38,561 nucleotides of DNA from the IMG/VR virus record IMGVR_UViG_2703718787_000016; one strand, 5' to 3'. Under the pieces are notes generated by a model, which saw only the letters and a program-made list of their open reading frames with translations, was not told the origin of the DNA and did not search any database. The first letter of the stretch is position 1. Each line of letters opens with the position of its first letter. This document shows positions 34,935-38,561 of this stretch, piece by piece. The position numbers were made by a program, and so were the translations under genes. Source of the DNA: a virus (taxonomy: Duplodnaviria; Heunggongvirae; Uroviricota; Caudoviricetes).

Positions 34935-36059
34935 ATGGTATTGCTGAACGGTAACACGGTTTATTCCCCCCTGAAAGAACTGGTGAAAATGCCTGATTTC
35001 AGCGTTTCACTGGACAGGGAGCAGGATAAAAACACACTTCAGGAACTGAATAACCGGGTGATATCGCTTTCCATGACAGACAACCGGGGGTTTGAAGCAG
35101 ACAGGGTCACTCTTGTGCTGGATGATGCCGACGGGCAGCTGGCTCTCCCCGGGCGGGGAACACACATCAGAGTCATGCTGGGATGGAAGGGAGAACCTCT
35201 GGTTGATAAAGGCACCTACATTGTTGATGAGGTCGCTCATGAAGGACCTCCGGAGCGGCTGACACTGAGTGCAAACAGCGCAGACTTCAGGGAGGAATTT
35301 AACGTCAAACGGGAAGTATCCTGGCACGACGTGACTGTTGAACGCGTGGTTTCCGCTATTGCCCACCGTTACGGACTGAAAGCCCAGATAAGCGATATGC
35401 TTATGGATATTGAAATCGATCATGCCGACCAGACGGAAGAAAGCGACATATCATTCCTTACCCGCATGGCTGATATGCTGGGAGCCATCACTACCGTCAA
35501 AAATGGCTGTCTGCTGTTCATTCTGCCGGGTGGCGGCGTGACAGCTGACGGGCGCCCACTCCCCTCATTTGCACTGGCACGCAGTGACGGAGACAGTCAC
35601 CAGTTCAGAATAGCCGATCGCCAGGCATACACAGGGGTGAAGGCGTACTGGCTGGATTTGAATCATGGCAAAAAGAAAGCCGTCAACATAAAAAAACGAA
35701 AAACTCACGCTGAAAAGAGCAGCAGCCGGGAAGGCAGCTACATGGAGGGGGCAGAAGGTAACGTGTTCGTTCTGAGAAAAACCTACCCAAATGAAATTGC
35801 TGCACAGCGCGCAGCTGCCGCCAGGTGGCAGCAATTACAGCGCGGTGCGGCTGAATTCTCCATCACGCTGGCCCGGGGCAGAGCGGAGCTTTACCCTGAA
35901 ATGCATGGCACGGTAACCGGCTTTAAAACCGAAATAGACAATCAGGACTGGCTCATTGCAAAAGTGGAACACAATATCGACGGAAGCGGCTTCACCACAA
36001 GGCTTGAACTGGAGGCAAGAATACCCGAGTGGATAGCCGAAAAGGAAAGCAATGGTTAG
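34935..36059 (+). CDS. D: Tail protein / late gene D, P2 gpD-like
   Basis: 374 aa from the ATG at 34935 (GGAGG Shine-Dalgarno motif), located immediately before ogr as in P2. Confidence 0.88.
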   Translation: MVLLNGNTVYSPLKELVKMPDFSVSLDREQDKNTLQELNNRVISLSMTDNRGFEADRVTLVLDDADGQLALPGRGTHIRVMLGWKGEPLVDKGTYIVDEVAHEGPPERLTLSANSADFREEFNVKREVSWHDVTVERVVSAIAHRYGLKAQISDMLMDIEIDHADQTEESDISFLTRMADMLGAITTVKNGCLLFILPGGGVTADGRPLPSFALARSDGDSHQFRIADRQAYTGVKAYWLDLNHGKKKAVNIKKRKTHAEKSSSREGSYMEGAEGNVFVLRKTYPNEIAAQRAAAARWQQLQRGAAEFSITLARGRAELYPEMHGTVTGFKTEIDNQDWLIAKVEHNIDGSGFTTRLELEARIPEWIAEKESNG

Positions 36060-36103
36060 AATGGCGACGAGTTCAACCCCAGTTCAGCCAGGGGGGTATA
36101 TCA

Positions 36104-36406
36104 ATGTTTCATTGTCCATTCTGCGGCGCATCTGCCCGGATCCGTACCAGTAAAGCCGCCAATGATACCGGCACCATCCGCTACAAATACTATCAGTGCA
36201 ATAACCTTGAGTGCAGCGCCACATTTTCAACAATGGAAAGTGTGCACAGAATTATTGGCCAGCCTCAGTTGATCTTCCACGATAAAGATATTCCACGGGA
36301 GACAATGCGCAAATCCCATCAGGGACGCAGTCAGTTAACGCTACAACTGGAGGATTGCGGTATGGCTTTAAAACCAGTACATTACGCGCGGGTGCCTTTC
36401 GGCTGA
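36104..36406 (+). CDS. ogr: Late transcription activator, Ogr/Delta zinc-finger family, with a C-terminal extension
   Basis: MFHCPFCGASARIRTS...YYQCNNLECSATFSTMESVHR matches the P2 Ogr Cys4 zinc-finger core; the ORF continues about 30 codons beyond the usual Ogr length into the first hok-locus repeat. Confidence 0.85.
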   Translation: MFHCPFCGASARIRTSKAANDTGTIRYKYYQCNNLECSATFSTMESVHRIIGQPQLIFHDKDIPRETMRKSHQGRSQLTLQLEDCGMALKPVHYARVPFG

Positions 36407-36540
36407 CGGCTGGAAGGAAAACCTGAAGGCCGGATGTGGAAAGGCCCCGAGTCAAACATATTGTTTAACCCGAGGCCCTAACCATTCCTACCCTAGACAA
36501 GTGGAAGGTTAGCGCCTCCCTGTAAAAGGAGTCAAGCGCT

Positions 36541-36681
36541 ATGCCGCAAAAAACGATCATCGTGAGCATTTTATGCTTAACCATGTTGTTGGCCATCTGG
36601 ATGATACACCGTTCGCCGTGTGAGTTCAGACTTAACATCATGTGGTCAGAATTTGCGGCGTTCTTGCAGTGTAAACAGTAA
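36541..36681 (+). CDS. hok: Hok/Gef-family type I toxin (46 aa), copy 1
   Basis: Translation MPQKTIIVSILCLTMLLAIWMIHRSPCEFRLNIMWSEFAAFLQCKQ. Shares the Hok family signature with HokA as I recall it (N-terminal MPQK, transmembrane segment, R-x-S-x-C-E, E-x-AAFL-x-CK). AAGGAG Shine-Dalgarno motif 10 nt upstream. Below the ORF-track size cutoff. Confidence 0.6.
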   Translation: MPQKTIIVSILCLTMLLAIWMIHRSPCEFRLNIMWSEFAAFLQCKQ

Positions 36682-36772
36682 GAAACCGCAGCGGGGGTGA
36701 AAGCCCCCGCTATCCGGTTGTCGGGTTCAGTCGATATGGCACCCCTTTCTCCATTGGATTACAGACGTATTT

Positions 36773-36796
36773 GCCCGCAATATGCGGGCTTTTTTG
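36773..36796 (+). terminator. Rho-independent terminator downstream of hok-like copy 1
   Basis: GCCCGCA-ata-TGCGGGC stem-loop followed by TTTTTT. Confidence 0.5.
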
Positions 36797-37012
36797 CCGC
36801 CCTCCCCCTAAACAGTTTCAACACTGAGCATTGCGCGCACAAAGGGAAATCAGTAGATTACACGTGGGTGCCTTTCGGCTGACGGCTGGAAGGATTACCT
36901 GAAGGCCGGATGTGAAAAGGCCCCGAGTCAAACATTTGTTTAACCCGAGGCCCTAACCATCTAACCTTCGCAAGTGGAAGGTTAGCGCCTCTTTGAAAAA
37001 GGAGCAAGCGCT

Positions 37013-37153
37013 ATGCCGCAAAAAACGATCATCGTGAGCATTTTATGCTTAACCATGTTGTTGACAGTCTGGATGATACACCGTTCGCCGTGTGAGTTCA
37101 GACTTAACATCATGTGGTCAGAATTTGCGGCGTTCTTGCAGTGTAAACCGTAA
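37013..37153 (+). CDS. hok: Hok/Gef-family type I toxin (46 aa), copy 2
   Basis: Translation MPQKTIIVSILCLTMLLTVWMIHRSPCEFRLNIMWSEFAAFLQCKP, differing from copy 1 at three residues; same Shine-Dalgarno context. Confidence 0.6.
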   Translation: MPQKTIIVSILCLTMLLTVWMIHRSPCEFRLNIMWSEFAAFLQCKP

Positions 37154-37246
37154 GAAACCGCAGCGGGGGTGAAAGCCCCCGCTATCCGGTTGCCAAAGGT
37201 TCGGTCGAAAGTAGCACCCTCACACGCAAGTCACAAAGAAAAACAA

Positions 37247-37278
37247 AGCCCGTAGCGTAAAAACTGCGGGCTTTTTTG
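37247..37278 (+). terminator. Rho-independent terminator downstream of hok-like copy 2 (possibly bidirectional with the convergent host gene)
   Basis: AGCCCG...CGGGCT stem followed by TTTTTT. Confidence 0.45.
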
Positions 37279-37286
37279 TTTCAAAG

Positions 37287-37305
37287 ATGGACATTATATG
37301 GACAC
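37287..37305. promoter_or_regulatory. Candidate integrase arm-type binding sites (P arm): two direct ATGGACA repeats
   Basis: ATGGACAttatATGGACAc, 17/19 identical to 589..607 at the other prophage end. Confidence 0.4.
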
Positions 37306-37320
37306 CTGAAAATAAATCCC

Positions 37321-37331
37321 TTTTATTTTCA
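37321..37331. other. Candidate attR core (ttttattttca)
   Basis: Near-identical to 527..537; contains the stop codon of the host ORF 37329..38561 on the minus strand. Confidence 0.3.
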
Positions 37332-38561
37332 GTTAATTAATCTCATGCAAAAACCGCCCGCAGGCGCTTTGCTTTCGTGCGCACCAATATTTTGCGTAAA
37401 CAGTTTCCCTGGCAATTGCGCTTGTTCGGCAGTGCCATCAAACTGACCGACAAACAGCGGGGTTTGCAATTTTGAGTCTTCATACCAGCACAGCCCCGCG
37501 GCACCGTCTAACGCCCCAGTCAGCTTGTCGTTTTCCTGGCTGATGTGCGAAAGCATCTCTTCGGCAATACCGTGTGAATACGGCACCGCCACACAGAAGC
37601 TGGCCCCGGCAGGCATACTGTTCCAGACCGGCGTAAAATCGAAACTGGCATCCACACTCGCGGATTCATCATTTAACGCCAGAAAGCTATGCCAGCCGTC
37701 GTTGCTCATTTCGAAACGCACTCCGGCAAAAGAAGGCATTAATCGCTGGTAGCCAAAACCCAGCAACCTGGCGCTGACCACGATGCGCTGGCGTACTGGT
37801 GTTTTTCCGGCAGTACGCTCTTCCAGACCGAAGCTGGCTTGCCAGCGTTTTTTGCCGCTCAACAAATCACCTGCGATCGCCGTGGCTTCGGTATCCTGCT
37901 GATCATCTTTAAACAACATATCCGTGCTGGAAAACACCAGCATCTTGTCCTGATAAGTCGCGAACATCAGGGCGTTATTGCCGTTATAGCGCAACTGATA
38001 AACAGGAATAGTTTCACTATTTATCTTGATGCTACTGATTTCCGTTTTGCTTAACTGGCTGTCGCTGGTAGCGGCAAACAACAATGGCTCCAGCAGTTTG
38101 CTTAAACCACTGCGCTGGATCAGCACCATATAATGTGAAAGATGGCCTTGTTTATCGTGCCACAGCGCTGCCTGCGCGGGCTGATCTAAGAGTGACGAAA
38201 AGAGCTTATCTTTCAGCGTGAGATCGTGTTCATAGACAATACGACGAATGCTGCCTTCAATGCCCAGACGATCGGCATGATTCTGATAATAGAAAACGAA
38301 ATCTTCGCTCAGAACATCGTGGAGAAACGGAATGGTGAGGAGATCTTTGGGAAGCTGGCTCAGAGAGTCGCTGTCGAGAAAGAGGTCCGGCTCATTGAGA
38401 TCGATTTGCAGATTGTTGTGCACCACCAGCGGCGACAACGTTTTTTCTGGCCCACTGCCAGCATATTGCAACGCCCAGACGCCAGCGGAAAGCAGTGCTA
38501 TTGCGCCAAAACCTACAAGACCATAGAACCGCCAGCCTTTCGCCTTTTTTTCACCACTCAT
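37329..38561 (-). CDS. Host gene: membrane-anchored protein of unrecognised family (410 aa), start at or beyond the window edge
   Basis: N-terminal signal-anchor-like segment (WRFYGLVGFGAIALLSAGVWAL), then a large soluble region; stop lies within the candidate att core, so the prophage sits at its 3' end. Confidence 0.7.
   Translation of the reverse strand: MSGEKKAKGWRFYGLVGFGAIALLSAGVWALQYAGSGPEKTLSPLVVHNNLQIDLNEPDLFLDSDSLSQLPKDLLTIPFLHDVLSEDFVFYYQNHADRLGIEGSIRRIVYEHDLTLKDKLFSSLLDQPAQAALWHDKQGHLSHYMVLIQRSGLSKLLEPLLFAATSDSQLSKTEISSIKINSETIPVYQLRYNGNNALMFATYQDKMLVFSSTDMLFKDDQQDTEATAIAGDLLSGKKRWQASFGLEERTAGKTPVRQRIVVSARLLGFGYQRLMPSFAGVRFEMSNDGWHSFLALNDESASVDASFDFTPVWNSMPAGASFCVAVPYSHGIAEEMLSHISQENDKLTGALDGAAGLCWYEDSKLQTPLFVGQFDGTAEQAQLPGKLFTQNIGAHESKAPAGGFCMRLIN

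Larger units (their letters stand above)
36381..37283 (+). repeat. Tandem direct duplication (two units of about 476 bp), each a complete hok-like locus
   Basis: Unit 1 about 36381..36856 and unit 2 about 36857..37283 align over roughly 340 bp with few mismatches (for example gggtgcctttcggctgacggctggaagg and the whole small ORF), then diverge in the 3' region before equivalent terminators. Confidence 0.85.
527..37331. mobile_element. P2-family (peduovirus-like) prophage, apparently complete, about 36.8 kb
   Basis: Contiguous P2-type gene set in prophage order (int, C, cox-like, A, Q, P, O, N, M, L, X, Y, K, lysB, lysC, R, S, V, W, J, I, H, G, FI, FII, E, T, U, D, ogr), bounded by similar AT-rich core-like sequences and by ATGGACA direct-repeat arm-type motifs at both ends. 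Confidence 0.85.

Noticed and set aside
36697-36882. 61-aa ORF between the two hok-like units
   Set aside because: It runs through the terminator hairpin of the first unit and ends with the duplicated VPFG-stop segment at the start of unit 2; more likely a by-product of the duplication than a gene.
36381-37283. Possibility that the tandem repeat is a CRISPR array or other short-repeat array
   Set aside because: Only two units of about 476 bp, each containing a ribosome-binding site and a conserved small ORF; no short repeat-spacer periodicity.
1-38561. Hypothesis that the two flanking host ORFs are halves of one gene split by the prophage
   Set aside because: Both core-like sequences carry an in-frame TGA on the minus strand, so the right-hand gene would terminate at the core even without the prophage, and the left ORF continues beyond the window. 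Two adjacent genes with integration at the 3' end of the first is more consistent.

Overview
Almost the whole window is one P2-family (peduovirus-like) prophage of about 36.8 kb, integrated at the 3' end of a host gene (host ORFs at 1..480 and 37329..38561, both minus strand). Reading left to right: attL, tyrosine integrase, C-type repressor, Cox-like regulator, an early operon (small ORFs, DEDDh 3'-5' exonuclease, Dam methyltransferase, DUF4406 protein, gpA rolling-circle initiator, SSB-like protein), an AT-rich accessory region with a candidate cos, then Q and P (minus) and O N M L X Y K lysB lysC, a large NanS-p-like esterase moron, R S V W J I H G, a block FI-FII-E-T-U on the opposite strand from its P2 orientation, D and ogr, two tandem hok-like toxin loci, and attR. 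Most interesting are: (1) a divergent pair of unrecognised genes flanking the candidate cos, at the position where P2 carries old/tin; (2) the tandem hok-like type I toxin duplication between ogr and attR; (3) the esterase inserted after the lysis cassette; (4) the apparent inversion of the sheath-tube-tape-measure block; (5) a short SSB-like protein closing the early operon. All calls rest on reading the six-frame translations and the DNA by eye; no database search was run, so family assignments are recognition-based and coordinates of starts are approximate where alternative start codons exist.
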